The notes under the pieces: generated by a model
Told to the model about the DNA's origin: nothing
Database searches by the model: none
What the model saw: only the letters and a program-made list of their open reading frames with translations
In this document: positions 10,915 to 22,170 of the stretch, one piece after another
Position numbering within the stretch: position 1 is the stretch's first letter
How the letters are laid out: each line of letters starts with the position of its first letter
Source: a virus
Lineage: Duplodnaviria > Caudoviricetes
IMG/VR virus record: IMGVR_UViG_3300050160_000037
Coordinates: 1,565-65,564 of that record
Strand: one strand, 5' to 3'
Length of the DNA: 64,000 nt
Program-made: the position numbers and the translations under genes

Positions 10915-13900
10915 ATGGCCAGCGATTATAACAGTGTTGCCGCTTCATGGGCAGGTGCTGCTGCTCAGGCAGATAACAGCTTCCGGCAGCCTACGCCTTA
11001 TGACGCTCCTGCTCCGACTATCTTCGACAAGGTTGATACCGCTTCGAAGAACCGGCAGGCAAATGCTGTCGCCGACTCATGGCGTAAGGCAACCGAGGTT
11101 GCCAACCAGACTGCTACGCAGCCGCCTCTTCCTGAAGTTGATGGTTATTCCCTTGTCCAGATGAGCATCACTGGTTCCGGCTTGGACAGTGCCAGCCAGA
11201 TCGACCGTGATTTCATCCAGCTTGGGACCGACGGTTTCCGTGCCAAATATGGTGATGCTGTTGGGCAGCATTATGAAGCTGCGTTCCAGAGCGGTGCTGC
11301 TGGTCGTCGTCTGGATCTGACCACTCAGCGTTCTGGTGCCCAGATTGCTGGTGATACCGTGAACACTGTGCTTAGCACGCCGGTCAGCCTGCTTGGTGGC
11401 ATTGCTGCTCTCGGCATGGGTGGTGCTGGATATGTCAGCCAGAAGCTCGGTGCCAAAACAGTCGGTGATGCTCTCACTACTGGGGGCACGAAGACTTCTG
11501 AGCTGGTGGGTGATTTCACTCGTGGTGCCCAGTCGCTTCAGTCTGATCAGCTTAATGCTGCTCGGAAAGCCTTCTCGGCTGAAACCAGTCTTCAGGCTCG
11601 GGACAATGCTGCCCAAGCTGAGATCGACACCAAAAGGTTTGGTAGTGTAGCAGCCACTGGCTTGCAGATTGCCAAGGATACCATTGGGAGCTTTGGTGCT
11701 CTCAGTGGTAACAGTGCTGTGGGGCTGGACACTGTGGCGAACGCTGCTGGTTCACTTCTTGGTGGTGGTGTGCTGACCAAAGGCTTCCGGGCTATCGGTG
11801 GCCGAGTTGCTGCTGCGGCTGGTGACAGTGCTATGGCCCAGCGTGCTATTCGTCTGGGCCAACGAGCAGAGATGCCTGCTTCGATGGTCTCGATGGAAGC
11901 TGGTTCGGCCTACCAACAAACTGTGGAGCAATCGCTCCAAAGTTTGGCTGGTCGCACCGATCTGACTGATGCCCAAAAGCAGGACATGGCCAACAAGGCC
12001 GGTCTGGAAGCTGCAAGCATTCAGGCTGCTGCAACTGCTGCACCAATGATGATCCCCGGTCTGAACCGGGTGTTCAACTCAAACTTTGAACGCAGCCCAA
12101 TCCGTATTCACAGCTTTGGCAAGGCTCTTCGTGAAGTCGGTGCCGAGACGCTGGAAGAAGGTTATCAAGAGGGCAGTGCCCAGCTTGCCCAGAACAAGGC
12201 TCTTCAGGATCAGATCGATCCTAATCAGAAGCTGGCTGATCAGGTAGGCACCAACATCGCTCTGGGTGCCATCGGTGGTCTTGGTTCCGCTGCTGCGTTC
12301 CAAGGACCGGGCGTTGCTGCCAACGTGCCTGTGGCTGCTGTGAAAACTGCTACTGCTCTGGCTCGGGATTTCCTTGGCCGGAATACACCCAGCAATTCCC
12401 CTCAGGGAAGCCCTGTGAGCGATGCTGCTCCTCAGGTGGACACGAGTGCCCCTGAGGCTCCTGTCGCTTCTCCTGCCCCTGTCTCTGCCCGCACAGATGC
12501 CACCAAGGGTGACATCCATGTCGAGTCGATGGTGGACACCAGCTATGATGGTGATCATCGAGTCGTTCGGGTCCGTGATCCGAAGACTGGTGACGTGGTG
12601 TCGATGGGTAACATTGCTCTGGATGCTTATGGCAACATGGGTCCGGTGACCCTGTTCGATAACAAGACCCAAGAGCCTCTGAACCTGAGCCGAGGCGATG
12701 CCGAGCACATTCGTGCATTGGCCAGCAAAGCCCCAGACATGAGTCATCTCGATGGTGTCGAGGTGATCAAGCCTGAAGATGCCCAGCGGATCGAGACGAT
12801 TAATCCTGATGCCAAGGTTGAGTCTGTGCCGGGTGGCCTTGCGGCTTTGAACCAAGGAGCACTCGATACGCTGCGGGCAAACGGCACTGATATTGTGGCC
12901 ACCGTTAATCCGGAGACGAAAGCTCCTGAAATGGCTGTGATCAATCCGAGCATGGTGGCCCCGACGACGGATGCCAATCATCCCAGCACCAAGGCTGCTG
13001 CTGAGGGTCTGTCGGACTTCACTCCCAAGGCTTTGGCCGATACGCTGAATGCTGCCGAGACTGCACCTGAAACGGTAAACCCGGATCAGGCAGACAAGCT
13101 GCTGTTCCATGCTGATGATGGCAAGGTGAACCTGTCACCTGCACAGCGTACCACGCTGCGTAGTGCCTCGGCTGTTGCTCGTGGTGTGCAGACTGCATCG
13201 GCCAAGGCCAGCAAGGATTTCGGGCTGACCAATTCGGATCAGGTCTCCAAGGAGATCCTGACCAATGGCCCGAAGGATGGTAGCCAGTTGGGCAAAAAGT
13301 CTGTGATGGAACATCTCTCGGATTTTCGAGAGGCCATCAAGACCGGGGACACCGATGCTGCCAAGGCTACGCTGACAGAGCTGGGTTTTTTTGCTGAGCA
13401 CATGGCCAATAAGGTCGATGCACTGAACCGTGCTGTAACTGACGGCAACACGAGCAGTGCAAATCCTGCTCGGTATCAGAGCTATGTGGGCAACGGAAAG
13501 TTCCGAGTGTCCGGCAAGATCGTGCAAGATGCTGGGGGCAACAACGTCCGTCAGGCAACCGGTGTTCATGTGAGCCTGAAGAGTGCAAACTCGGTGGCAT
13601 TGGCACAGCGTATCGCCACTGAAGCGAACACGGTTTACGAGGTGGTGAACAATCTGGCCACTGCGTTTCCTGAGCTTGGTTCCAACCCTGTGGTTCCGCC
13701 TGCTTTGAATGTGGCTCTGGTTGGTAATGCTAACCAGATCGTTGAAAAAGCTATTTCACCAACAGAGGCAAGCACGCAGGAAGCTGTTCCACAGACGACT
13801 GAGCAAACCGCTGCTCCGGCCAACGAGGCTGACACGAGTGAACCTGTCGTTGCCGACAAGGCCCCCGTTGAAGCTGTTCCCGTTGAGACTGCTTCCGTTG

Positions 13901-16900
13901 AGGTTCCCATTGATAACGCCGTCGCCGTAGAACCGGCTATCGATGTTGTTGAGGAGCGTTCGTTGAAGAACCTCTTTCCGGCTCTCGTTGGCTCGACGGA
14001 CAATGTGAACCGTATCCAGAGTGCTTTCGAACTCCCTGCCGAAGCTGCCACTCGGACTGAAGGTGTGGAACAACCGCTTCAGGCTGTCGGTGATGCTCTC
14101 CTCGACCGTGGAGCTTTCGAGAACTTCATTGATGGGAAGCTCAATCGCGATTTTAGCTCGTCGGTTGCTGCGGCCTACGCCCAGTATTTCAAGGTAGGCA
14201 GTGTTCTGCTCGATGCCATGAACGATAGCCTTAGGACTTTCCTGAGCAAGAACGAGGGCAGCAAACATAGTCTGGTCTCCGGCACGTCTTGGATCAATGG
14301 TCAGGCACTCAATATCGTAGAAGAGCACGAAGGCCAATATCGATACAACCCTGCACTGGTCCAAGGGGCAGTGCTGGCTGGATTGAACTGGTATCTGAAA
14401 CTCAGCCAAAAGACAGGTAATCTTGATGAGGCCGGTGTTCGTCAGCTTTTGAAGCTGTCGTCTGACGCTGTGCTGCCTTCTGGTCTGGTGAACCAGATCA
14501 ACAACTATGGCGTTGGAAATGCTGAGCTTTCTCGTTCTTTGGCTCGTGAGATCCAGAAGTTCTGGGGCCTGAACCAGAACCCTACCACTCCTCGCAATCA
14601 TGCTGAGGGTCTGCTGGAAGCCGTGGCCAAGGAACTCCTTGTGGCTATGACGTCTCCGATCTTTACCATCACGGGTAAGGACGGAAACGATGTCGAGAGT
14701 GGCTTGTTCCAAGTGAACGAGGTGAACATCGCAGATGTCACCACGAACGAGAAAATCGATCACCTTAATCGGTATTCGCTTACGATGGACGAGATCGGCG
14801 ACGATGGGTCCATCAAGAAGGGCAAGCGTATCCTTAGCCCTGAGGCTCTGAAGGCATTCCCGAATGCTATCGAAACTGCTGTGCTGATCAATCCGGAGCA
14901 GGTCACCTTTGTGGGTGAGGCCCCTAAGACTGTGGCCAAGACCCAGCTTCGGAACTCGGCAGTGAGCGTGTCTGCGAAGCAGACAAAAGCTATCGAGACC
15001 CAGCAGAACGTGCCTCACCTGATGAACATGCCGTACATCGACACGCTCATCGACATGGGCGAAGATATGGTGCTTCGTCTGTTTGGTGGTGGCAAGCTAG
15101 ATCCAAAGCGTCTCAATGCCCAGCATATGCTGAGCCTGAAGGGACGTAACCTTACGATCCAGTCGGCGTATCGGTCGATCCGTGGAATGCTGGCTGAAGC
15201 ACAGGCTATCTCTGACAACAACCCGGCTGGAGTGCCGGTGTATTTTGCCTACGACACCACTGTGGTAAATCGGCAACAAATGATGGGCCGAGATAATCCT
15301 CAGTCCAACAAGCTCATGCGTGAAGCAGTGTTGCCAACATGGCACACTTTGGATCTGACCGATCCGAAGATGAACGAGCTGTTCCAGTTGGGACTGGCTC
15401 AGGCACTGGGGATTAAGGTTCACACCCAGAGCCGTGAGAAATCTCTGGAAGAACTGGCCACCAAGCTGGCTGGTTTCACTGGAACGCTCAAGATCCTGAA
15501 CGACAAGAGCAAGCTGCGTTTCAACGAGCAGGCCATCGATACGATGAAGGCCGAGGGTATTGACTCGCCTGTGGCTCTGCACGCTGTCATGGAATGGAAC
15601 CGGTCACAAAATGCTCAGGATACCAAGGCATTCCGGACGGCTACCTACTTCGAAGCTGACGGTGTGACCAACGGTGTTGTGAACGCCATGGCCCTGTTTT
15701 CTTCTGGTTCCTTCACTGGCAAGTGGCTGAGCAACATTGCCCGTGGTGGCTACTGGGTTGGTGAGCAGCTCAAGAGCTTGGCCGACCTGCGTGGTGATTT
15801 TACCGAGGGTCAGGAAGACCTGTACGGTCTGGCAGGCACTGCCACGACGCAAAAGATCCGAAAGCTGCGTTCGGACTATATCCAAGATGGAAGCGTCTCG
15901 AAGCAGTTCGATGCTGTTCGTGATCTGCTGTCCGAGTTCCTCAAGGATGTGAACGTCAATGAGGATGGGCTGGAAATCAAGCGTGGAGCTGTGAAGAACC
16001 CGCTGACCATCACGATCTACGGCTCTGGTGCCAACGGCATTGCAGGCAATGTCGTCGATGAGGTGCTGGGCAAATTCTACGAGATGATGAGTGAGGCTGC
16101 TGCCCGGAAAGAAGCAGATCCCAGCATCACCGAAGCCCAGACGCTTTATGGTGGTGACGAAGCATCGGCCCAGATCAAATTTGATCGGCTGGTTGAGAAC
16201 CTCAACCGTCTTACAGGTACGGTGCTTACGTCCAACAAGGGCGTGCTCTATGCTGATGTGATCAAGTCTGGGAAGTCTGGCACCTTCGGTGATCCGGTGC
16301 TGTTCAAGTTTCCCACTGAAGCTATCAAGACCATGCGGCAGAATGTGTTGCACGCTTACGTGAACCCCATGGTCGAAGGCATCACGGAGACTGTTGGTTC
16401 CGATCTGATGCAGACGCTTCATGTGCTGAAAACACAGGTGCAGGCATGGAGCCTGATTGGCCGGGCTGCCTACCGGCAAGCCTATGCCAAGGCTCTGGCT
16501 GCCAAGGGCTTCAAATCCAAGAACGACATCCTGTCGATCAAGGAAGAAGGAGCTGTGCTCAAGTCTGTCATGGACATGCTGCCGAAGTTTGATGCAGGGG
16601 ACATGAGCTTCCTGTTCGGAATGACCCAGCGTACTGAGGGCAACACTGAGTTTGGGCACGACTTCAAGCAGAAGTTCGAGACTTCGGCTTGGGGCTATAC
16701 TCCCGGCAATGCTGGTGTGGCTGGTATTCCCGGAATGACCATTGGCTCTGGCGATGGCCAAGCCGTGCTCAATGCTGTGAATGATCCTGAGATGCCCGAA
16801 GGCTTCTTGCAGATCTTCGACGGCATCCACTCCAGCGTTGCTGAGATGGAACAGATGGGCCGGGTGGCCAATCGTGCCGTGTTCAACTCGTGGCAGAACA

Positions 16901-19900
16901 ACCCCATGGCCAAGCTGGCCCAAGCGTTCTCACAGTTCGTGTCTGGTCTCGATCTTGGTTCTCTCGATCTCAACGAGGATGACAGGAAAGAACTGACGAA
17001 GAGTCTGTTCTCGGACTGGTTCTCCGTGCCCAGCCGTTCGGATGCCGATCTCAAAAATGCCTTCGAACATTTTGCCAAGACTGGCACTGAAATGGGACAG
17101 GCCATCGCTGAGCGTCAGGCTGTCATGGCCCGTGTGCAATCGTCAGTTGATCAGATGGCAGGTGCTGCCTCGCCCCACCAGAACACTGGATTGGTCCTTT
17201 CTGGTTCAGCAGAGCAGAAGGCTGCTCAGCTTGAGATTATGCGTAGTCAGGTGCCAGAGGCCCAGACACGCGAGGATCAGGTTCCGGCCACGCCGGAAGC
17301 TGAAACGAGTCCAGCTCCGGAAGCCCCAAAGCTCTCTTTCAAAACTGCGTCTGTGGAGCTGCTCGGCAAGCTGCTTGAGAAGCAGATCACCAAGATCACG
17401 AAGGATCGCCAGACCCGTGCTCTGCTCCGGGATGTGATCCGTTCGGGTGCTGCGAATGATTTTGAGATCTACGTTGGCACCCGTGAGGAGCTGATCAATC
17501 GTGCTACTGACTTGGGCATCATGGTGCCCAGCACTCGTTCGAATTTCATGGGCTTCGTGGATCCGTCTTCGCAGACCATCTTCGTTGTGGATGGAAATCC
17601 TGAAACGATGCTTCACGAGCTGATCCACGCTGGCACCTACCAGAAGCTGCAAGCGTTCTTTGATGGCTCAGATACCTCTCCGGAGCTTGCTCAGGCCGTT
17701 CAGCGGCTTCAGGGTCTCATGGCCCAGTTCAAGGCTGAGAGCCTCTCAGGGGACGCTTATCAGGCTGCTCTGGACGAGATGGAACGACAGGCTTCTGTCG
17801 GGAACCAAGCAGGTGAACTGAACGAGTTCATGGCATGGGCACTTGCCAATGCTGATCTCGCTCAGCAGCTTAAGGCGACCAAGGTCAATCCGGCTCTGAA
17901 GTTGGCTCGGTCTGTGGTGCAGGCGATCAAGGCTCTGATCTTTGGTGGCAAGCGTTCGTTTGCCGTCAAGGATGACATGTTCACGAACCTGCGGTTCAAC
18001 ACGAACATCATTCTTCGCTCAGGCAATCCTGCCGAGACGATGGCTAATGTGTTGTTGTTTCAAGATCCCGGTTTTGGTGAAAGCAAGCGAGCAAGCGATC
18101 TGCTGGCTAAGATCAAAACCAAGATCAGTGATTATGTGAACGTGGATCCTGTTCGGGAGCAAGTTCGAAATGCTGATGTCCGGTCGTCTTTGGCTCCGGG
18201 CAGCACTGTGTCTCAGGCGTTCCAAGCCGCTGGTTTCCGGATGACGGCTCAGGAGCACATGGCGTTTCTGCATACTGTGGCCATCATGTCCACGAATGCG
18301 AAGCTCGATCCGAATAGCACTGCTCGGTTGCAGGAGATGTTTGCTCATGTAGGCCAGCATCTGACGGTGGATGATTTCCTCCGTAACCCAGAAGAGAATG
18401 ACCCGAACGACATCGAACAGGCCACCAAAAAGATCAACGTGATCATGGGCCGGTTCAAGGATAAGAAGGACAATTACGGTCGGTCTCTGGTGTTGCCTGC
18501 GTTTGTGGCTCTGGCTGCCACTAACGAGGAGTTCCGGGAGATCCTCAAGAAGATGCCGATGCCCAAGACGAAGTATGTGGGCTGGAACTCTGTAGACAAC
18601 ATTCTGGATAATCTCGGTGACGCCAGCATGGACAACCTGTCTCGCTGGGTCTCCGGTGAGGGTGTTCGCACGCCTGACATTCAGGCTTCGTTGGACGGAT
18701 TGGTTGAGCAGATGCTTCAGACCAATGCTGACAGTCAGCTCTTCATTGAGAAGTTCACCAACCCGATTGGTGACGGCATTGACCGTGTGAACCAAGCTGT
18801 CGTGGACGGTGTAAAGTGGCTCGGCAGTCAGACCGAGAACCTCGTGCAGCATGTGCAGGAAACCCGCCCGAACTCGAAGGTTTCGATCCGGGTGGCTCAG
18901 GCTTTGGACGTGGCTGCAAAGATGCTCAACGAAGAAGACGGTCGAGCTGCTGCTACTAATTTGATGGGCAAGCTCAATGGCAGCAAGCTGTCTGAGCCGG
19001 TGTTCAATTTCTTGAAGGATCTGATAGGACGGACTGCTGAGAACGGTGAAGTTTTCGACATGATCAAGATTGCTCGGACTTGGGTGAACGGCATTCGTCA
19101 GCAGTTCCGTGAGCAGCTTCCGAAGATCGTGAACAGCAAGTTCAGCCGGACGCTTACCGATGCTGAGCAGACGTATCTGCATCAGGGGCTTGGCCAGACT
19201 GGTCTGGCTTCGCTGCTGTCGTCGATGAATATCGAGCAGGTGCTGGATGTGCTGGGCAAGCAGGCCTCTCGGGATGTTGCTATCAAGAACTTGGTGGACA
19301 AGATCAATGAGCTGTCGCCTAACAATGGCAAGCTGATCGAGACAAAAGCCAATGAGCTGGCAGGCTTTATGATTAGCAAAAAGACGCAGAGCACCAACCT
19401 GCTTCGCAATGCCACAGCCATCGCTCACCTGCTGAACGAGGCTGTTACTGACGTGAACACGTCGGCTGAAATGATCGAAGCTATCGATCATCTGGTGTCG
19501 CTGCTGGCTGTGAACCAGCTCTCGTCCGATACTCAGACCAGTCTTGCTGATCTGGCTCAGACCGAGAGCAAAGGCTTGAACTTCATGCTCAGCTACCTGC
19601 GTGGGCAGGATGAGTTGGATAAACCCAAGCTCACTGGCAATGCCAAGTTCAACCACTGGAAAGGCTACATGCCCTCTGATCGTGCAGCCGGTGTGAGCTT
19701 AAATATCCTGCACAACAATGGTGCGGATAACCTGCTCCAGCGTGGCTACGTGAAGCTGTCGGATTTCGTTGGTTCCAGCCGAGATCCCTCGGCCAAGGAT
19801 CGTGGGTATTACTTCCTGTCGATCTCAGGCAACGCACCGTTCGCTCAGGGCATCATGCAGAACGTCCACCAAACGGCGTCTGGTGTGGACAAGGCCACTG

Positions 19901-21384
19901 GGTTCTCACTGGATATGACGGCTGGCGAGATCACTGAGCCTGCTCTGGTGCTCAAGATTTCCAAGAGCACCAAGGCTGAAACTGGCTTTGGTCTGCTGCC
20001 GGTGTACGATCAGAATGGCACGCTGTTTGCATATGAGCGTGCTGTCGATCCTGCTTTGGTTCAGGCTCACCTGAAGCCCAGCACGAACATGGCCGAAATG
20101 ATGGGCGTTCGCTCTGGCCGTCAGTCTGAAGAAGGCTCGGCGAACCAGCTCAACCGAACACTGATCGATGCTCTTCGCACGATGTACGACAAGGACCGCA
20201 AGGCTGGAAAGAGCAACCAGTACATCAATCTGAGCCAGACCAACGACAAGATCCACAAGGATGCAATGCGGATCTTCTCGAAGGAGACCAAGGACTATAT
20301 CGACGCTCGGTTCCCGGAAGGCTTCTGGGTCCGTCGTGATATGGTGGATGATGCCATCGGCTATCGTCAGGCAAGCATCGGTGATGTGTTCACTGGCAAT
20401 TCTCGTTGGTCGCCTGAGGTGCAAGCTCTGGTACGGAATAGCTTGGTTAAGATGTTTGGAACCAAGGCATACCGCTATGCCATCAAGGCAGAAAGCGTGG
20501 TTCAGAACTTTGTGATGGACGCCCGAGTTATCTTGGTGGTCAAGAGCATCATCGTTCCGATGGCAAATGCTGCCAGCAATGTGATGCAGCTCATTGGTCG
20601 GGGTGTGCCTGCTCCCCATATCTTCCGGGCTATCCCCAAGAAGATTGCTGAGATTGAGAGCTGGCACAAGACCCGTATCCGTCAGATCGAAGCTGAGGCT
20701 GAGTTGCTGGCTACGGATAGCATCCTTGATCGGAAGCGTCTTGAAGCTGAGATCCAGACCATCAAGGACAGCCATAAGCGTTTGAGCATCTGGCCGTTGT
20801 TGGAAGCTGGTGAGTTCAGTCACATCTCGGATGCCGGTTCTCGTGAGGACATCGCCCTGTCGGAAGGCCGTCTGGGCGAATATATCGAGAAGGCCGTCAG
20901 CAAGCTGCCTAAGAGCGTCCAGACGGCTGGTCGGTATTATATGCTGTCCAAAGACACGGCACTGTTCCGTGCCCTTCAGAAGAGTGTTGCCTATGGTGAT
21001 TTCGTGGCCAAGGCTGTGCTCTATGATGACTTGACCCAGCGTAAGGGCCAGACGACTGAGCAGGCTCTGAAGCAGATCACTGAGGAGTTCGTGAACTATG
21101 ACCGGCTGCCCGGTCGTGACCGTGCCTATTTGGAGAATATCGGTCTGCTCTGGTTCTACAACTTCAAGATCCGCTCGGCCAAGGTGGCTCTGAGCATGAT
21201 CCGAAATAACCCGGTGCATTCGCTGATGGCGATGGCGATGCCTATGCCGATCCGTGGAACTGGTCTGCCTCTGACGGACAACCTCTGGTATAGCCTGTTT
21301 GAGAACAAGCTGGGCTGGTCCACTGGGCTTGGTATGGCGGTGAGGGCACCGGGCTTGCTGCCGGTTCACCAGTTCATCTGGTAA
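10915..21384 (+). CDS. Virion-encapsidated RNA polymerase (N4 gp50, vRNAP)
   Basis: 3489 aa with T7-like motifs A (YFEADGVTNG), B (KRGAVKNPLTITIYGSG) and C (QIFDG). I saw no Cys in the translation, as is typical of N4 vRNAP. Confidence 0.97.
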   Translation: MASDYNSVAASWAGAAAQADNSFRQPTPYDAPAPTIFDKVDTASKNRQANAVADSWRKATEVANQTATQPPLPEVDGYSLVQMSITGSGLDSASQIDRDFIQLGTDGFRAKYGDAVGQHYEAAFQSGAAGRRLDLTTQRSGAQIAGDTVNTVLSTPVSLLGGIAALGMGGAGYVSQKLGAKTVGDALTTGGTKTSELVGDFTRGAQSLQSDQLNAARKAFSAETSLQARDNAAQAEIDTKRFGSVAATGLQIAKDTIGSFGALSGNSAVGLDTVANAAGSLLGGGVLTKGFRAIGGRVAAAAGDSAMAQRAIRLGQRAEMPASMVSMEAGSAYQQTVEQSLQSLAGRTDLTDAQKQDMANKAGLEAASIQAAATAAPMMIPGLNRVFNSNFERSPIRIHSFGKALREVGAETLEEGYQEGSAQLAQNKALQDQIDPNQKLADQVGTNIALGAIGGLGSAAAFQGPGVAANVPVAAVKTATALARDFLGRNTPSNSPQGSPVSDAAPQVDTSAPEAPVASPAPVSARTDATKGDIHVESMVDTSYDGDHRVVRVRDPKTGDVVSMGNIALDAYGNMGPVTLFDNKTQEPLNLSRGDAEHIRALASKAPDMSHLDGVEVIKPEDAQRIETINPDAKVESVPGGLAALNQGALDTLRANGTDIVATVNPETKAPEMAVINPSMVAPTTDANHPSTKAAAEGLSDFTPKALADTLNAAETAPETVNPDQADKLLFHADDGKVNLSPAQRTTLRSASAVARGVQTASAKASKDFGLTNSDQVSKEILTNGPKDGSQLGKKSVMEHLSDFREAIKTGDTDAAKATLTELGFFAEHMANKVDALNRAVTDGNTSSANPARYQSYVGNGKFRVSGKIVQDAGGNNVRQATGVHVSLKSANSVALAQRIATEANTVYEVVNNLATAFPELGSNPVVPPALNVALVGNANQIVEKAISPTEASTQEAVPQTTEQTAAPANEADTSEPVVADKAPVEAVPVETASVEVPIDNAVAVEPAIDVVEERSLKNLFPALVGSTDNVNRIQSAFELPAEAATRTEGVEQPLQAVGDALLDRGAFENFIDGKLNRDFSSSVAAAYAQYFKVGSVLLDAMNDSLRTFLSKNEGSKHSLVSGTSWINGQALNIVEEHEGQYRYNPALVQGAVLAGLNWYLKLSQKTGNLDEAGVRQLLKLSSDAVLPSGLVNQINNYGVGNAELSRSLAREIQKFWGLNQNPTTPRNHAEGLLEAVAKELLVAMTSPIFTITGKDGNDVESGLFQVNEVNIADVTTNEKIDHLNRYSLTMDEIGDDGSIKKGKRILSPEALKAFPNAIETAVLINPEQVTFVGEAPKTVAKTQLRNSAVSVSAKQTKAIETQQNVPHLMNMPYIDTLIDMGEDMVLRLFGGGKLDPKRLNAQHMLSLKGRNLTIQSAYRSIRGMLAEAQAISDNNPAGVPVYFAYDTTVVNRQQMMGRDNPQSNKLMREAVLPTWHTLDLTDPKMNELFQLGLAQALGIKVHTQSREKSLEELATKLAGFTGTLKILNDKSKLRFNEQAIDTMKAEGIDSPVALHAVMEWNRSQNAQDTKAFRTATYFEADGVTNGVVNAMALFSSGSFTGKWLSNIARGGYWVGEQLKSLADLRGDFTEGQEDLYGLAGTATTQKIRKLRSDYIQDGSVSKQFDAVRDLLSEFLKDVNVNEDGLEIKRGAVKNPLTITIYGSGANGIAGNVVDEVLGKFYEMMSEAAARKEADPSITEAQTLYGGDEASAQIKFDRLVENLNRLTGTVLTSNKGVLYADVIKSGKSGTFGDPVLFKFPTEAIKTMRQNVLHAYVNPMVEGITETVGSDLMQTLHVLKTQVQAWSLIGRAAYRQAYAKALAAKGFKSKNDILSIKEEGAVLKSVMDMLPKFDAGDMSFLFGMTQRTEGNTEFGHDFKQKFETSAWGYTPGNAGVAGIPGMTIGSGDGQAVLNAVNDPEMPEGFLQIFDGIHSSVAEMEQMGRVANRAVFNSWQNNPMAKLAQAFSQFVSGLDLGSLDLNEDDRKELTKSLFSDWFSVPSRSDADLKNAFEHFAKTGTEMGQAIAERQAVMARVQSSVDQMAGAASPHQNTGLVLSGSAEQKAAQLEIMRSQVPEAQTREDQVPATPEAETSPAPEAPKLSFKTASVELLGKLLEKQITKITKDRQTRALLRDVIRSGAANDFEIYVGTREELINRATDLGIMVPSTRSNFMGFVDPSSQTIFVVDGNPETMLHELIHAGTYQKLQAFFDGSDTSPELAQAVQRLQGLMAQFKAESLSGDAYQAALDEMERQASVGNQAGELNEFMAWALANADLAQQLKATKVNPALKLARSVVQAIKALIFGGKRSFAVKDDMFTNLRFNTNIILRSGNPAETMANVLLFQDPGFGESKRASDLLAKIKTKISDYVNVDPVREQVRNADVRSSLAPGSTVSQAFQAAGFRMTAQEHMAFLHTVAIMSTNAKLDPNSTARLQEMFAHVGQHLTVDDFLRNPEENDPNDIEQATKKINVIMGRFKDKKDNYGRSLVLPAFVALAATNEEFREILKKMPMPKTKYVGWNSVDNILDNLGDASMDNLSRWVSGEGVRTPDIQASLDGLVEQMLQTNADSQLFIEKFTNPIGDGIDRVNQAVVDGVKWLGSQTENLVQHVQETRPNSKVSIRVAQALDVAAKMLNEEDGRAAATNLMGKLNGSKLSEPVFNFLKDLIGRTAENGEVFDMIKIARTWVNGIRQQFREQLPKIVNSKFSRTLTDAEQTYLHQGLGQTGLASLLSSMNIEQVLDVLGKQASRDVAIKNLVDKINELSPNNGKLIETKANELAGFMISKKTQSTNLLRNATAIAHLLNEAVTDVNTSAEMIEAIDHLVSLLAVNQLSSDTQTSLADLAQTESKGLNFMLSYLRGQDELDKPKLTGNAKFNHWKGYMPSDRAAGVSLNILHNNGADNLLQRGYVKLSDFVGSSRDPSAKDRGYYFLSISGNAPFAQGIMQNVHQTASGVDKATGFSLDMTAGEITEPALVLKISKSTKAETGFGLLPVYDQNGTLFAYERAVDPALVQAHLKPSTNMAEMMGVRSGRQSEEGSANQLNRTLIDALRTMYDKDRKAGKSNQYINLSQTNDKIHKDAMRIFSKETKDYIDARFPEGFWVRRDMVDDAIGYRQASIGDVFTGNSRWSPEVQALVRNSLVKMFGTKAYRYAIKAESVVQNFVMDARVILVVKSIIVPMANAASNVMQLIGRGVPAPHIFRAIPKKIAEIESWHKTRIRQIEAEAELLATDSILDRKRLEAEIQTIKDSHKRLSIWPLLEAGEFSHISDAGSREDIALSEGRLGEYIEKAVSKLPKSVQTAGRYYMLSKDTALFRALQKSVAYGDFVAKAVLYDDLTQRKGQTTEQALKQITEEFVNYDRLPGRDRAYLENIGLLWFYNFKIRSAKVALSMIRNNPVHSLMAMAMPMPIRGTGLPLTDNLWYSLFENKLGWSTGLGMAVRAPGLLPVHQFIW

Positions 21385-21398
21385 TTGGTCCAATTGAA

Positions 21399-21426
21399 AA
21401 CCCCCTGTGGATCATCACAGGGGGTT
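21399..21426. terminator. Probable bidirectional terminator between convergent late and middle units
   Basis: AACCCCCTGTG-GATCAT-CACAGGGGGTT, with an A-run on the left. Confidence 0.75.
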
Positions 21427-21430
21427 CTCG

Positions 21431-21586
21431 CTATTCAGGAGGCTTCTGCTTGCCCTTGGAGAGCAACAAGCAGAGCACCCCGAAGATTATCGCGGCTGCG
21501 ATATAGGGTGCCATGGAGACGATTGCTCCAGAGAGCATCAGCCATAGCCCGAACATCATCACCACGTAGATGAGGAGCCGGGCCAT
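21431..21586 (-). CDS. Small two-TM membrane protein, 51 aa (not in ORF track)
   Basis: Manual translation MARLLIYVVMMFGLWLMLSGAIVSMAPYIAAAIIFGVLCLLLSKGKQKPPE*. It starts 4 nt after the upstream stop. Confidence 0.65.
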   Translation of the reverse strand: MARLLIYVVMMFGLWLMLSGAIVSMAPYIAAAIIFGVLCLLLSKGKQKPPE

Positions 21587-21590
21587 AGGC

Positions 21591-22154
21591 TCAGTTCTTC
21601 ACGGCATTGAGGTTGCCGAACAGCGACTGGCGAGGAGCCGGAGCTTCCTCAGCCTCTGCTTCGACCTGAGCTTCGGCTTCAGCTTCAACCACCGGCTCAT
21701 CCTCAGAAGGGGATGCAGCGGTCGTCGCAGTCGAAGAAGTCGAAGTGATCGAGCCACTGGTGTCGGTTCCAAGGATCTTGTCCTCGGACACGTCCCCAGC
21801 GAGCTGGGTGTCCTCGTTCACAGCGTCGGTCGTGGGGGGGTTTCCCTCAGCGGCTGCTTCAGCAGCAGCAGCGTTGTCGGCTGCGATCTGAGCAGCAGTC
21901 CGACGGGTACGACGGACAGGAGCAGCTTCAGCCTTGGCATCAGCGATCTTGTCAGCGATGTCGAGCGTGGTGGGTTCCTCTACGAGGACTTCTTGACCGA
22001 GCGGCACGATGTCAATGAGGGCCTTAAAGCCGTCAGTGCCACGAGTGGCCGAAAGATCGATAGTGATCTGCTGATCATCACGAATGCTGATCATGCCGAG
22101 CACGTAGTCGGTCAGTGCCTTTTCGATCTCGGCTTGCACGAGAATGATTTGCAT
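21591..22154 (-). CDS. N4-like hypothetical protein with Ala/Glu-rich tail
   Basis: Start reassigned to MQIILVQAEIEKAL, which has an AAGGA RBS. C-terminus RQSLFGNLNAVKN. Confidence 0.7.
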   Translation of the reverse strand: MQIILVQAEIEKALTDYVLGMISIRDDQQITIDLSATRGTDGFKALIDIVPLGQEVLVEEPTTLDIADKIADAKAEAAPVRRTRRTAAQIAADNAAAAEAAAEGNPPTTDAVNEDTQLAGDVSEDKILGTDTSGSITSTSSTATTAASPSEDEPVVEAEAEAQVEAEAEEAPAPRQSLFGNLNAVKN

Positions 22155-22170
22155 CAGGTTTTTCCTTGGT

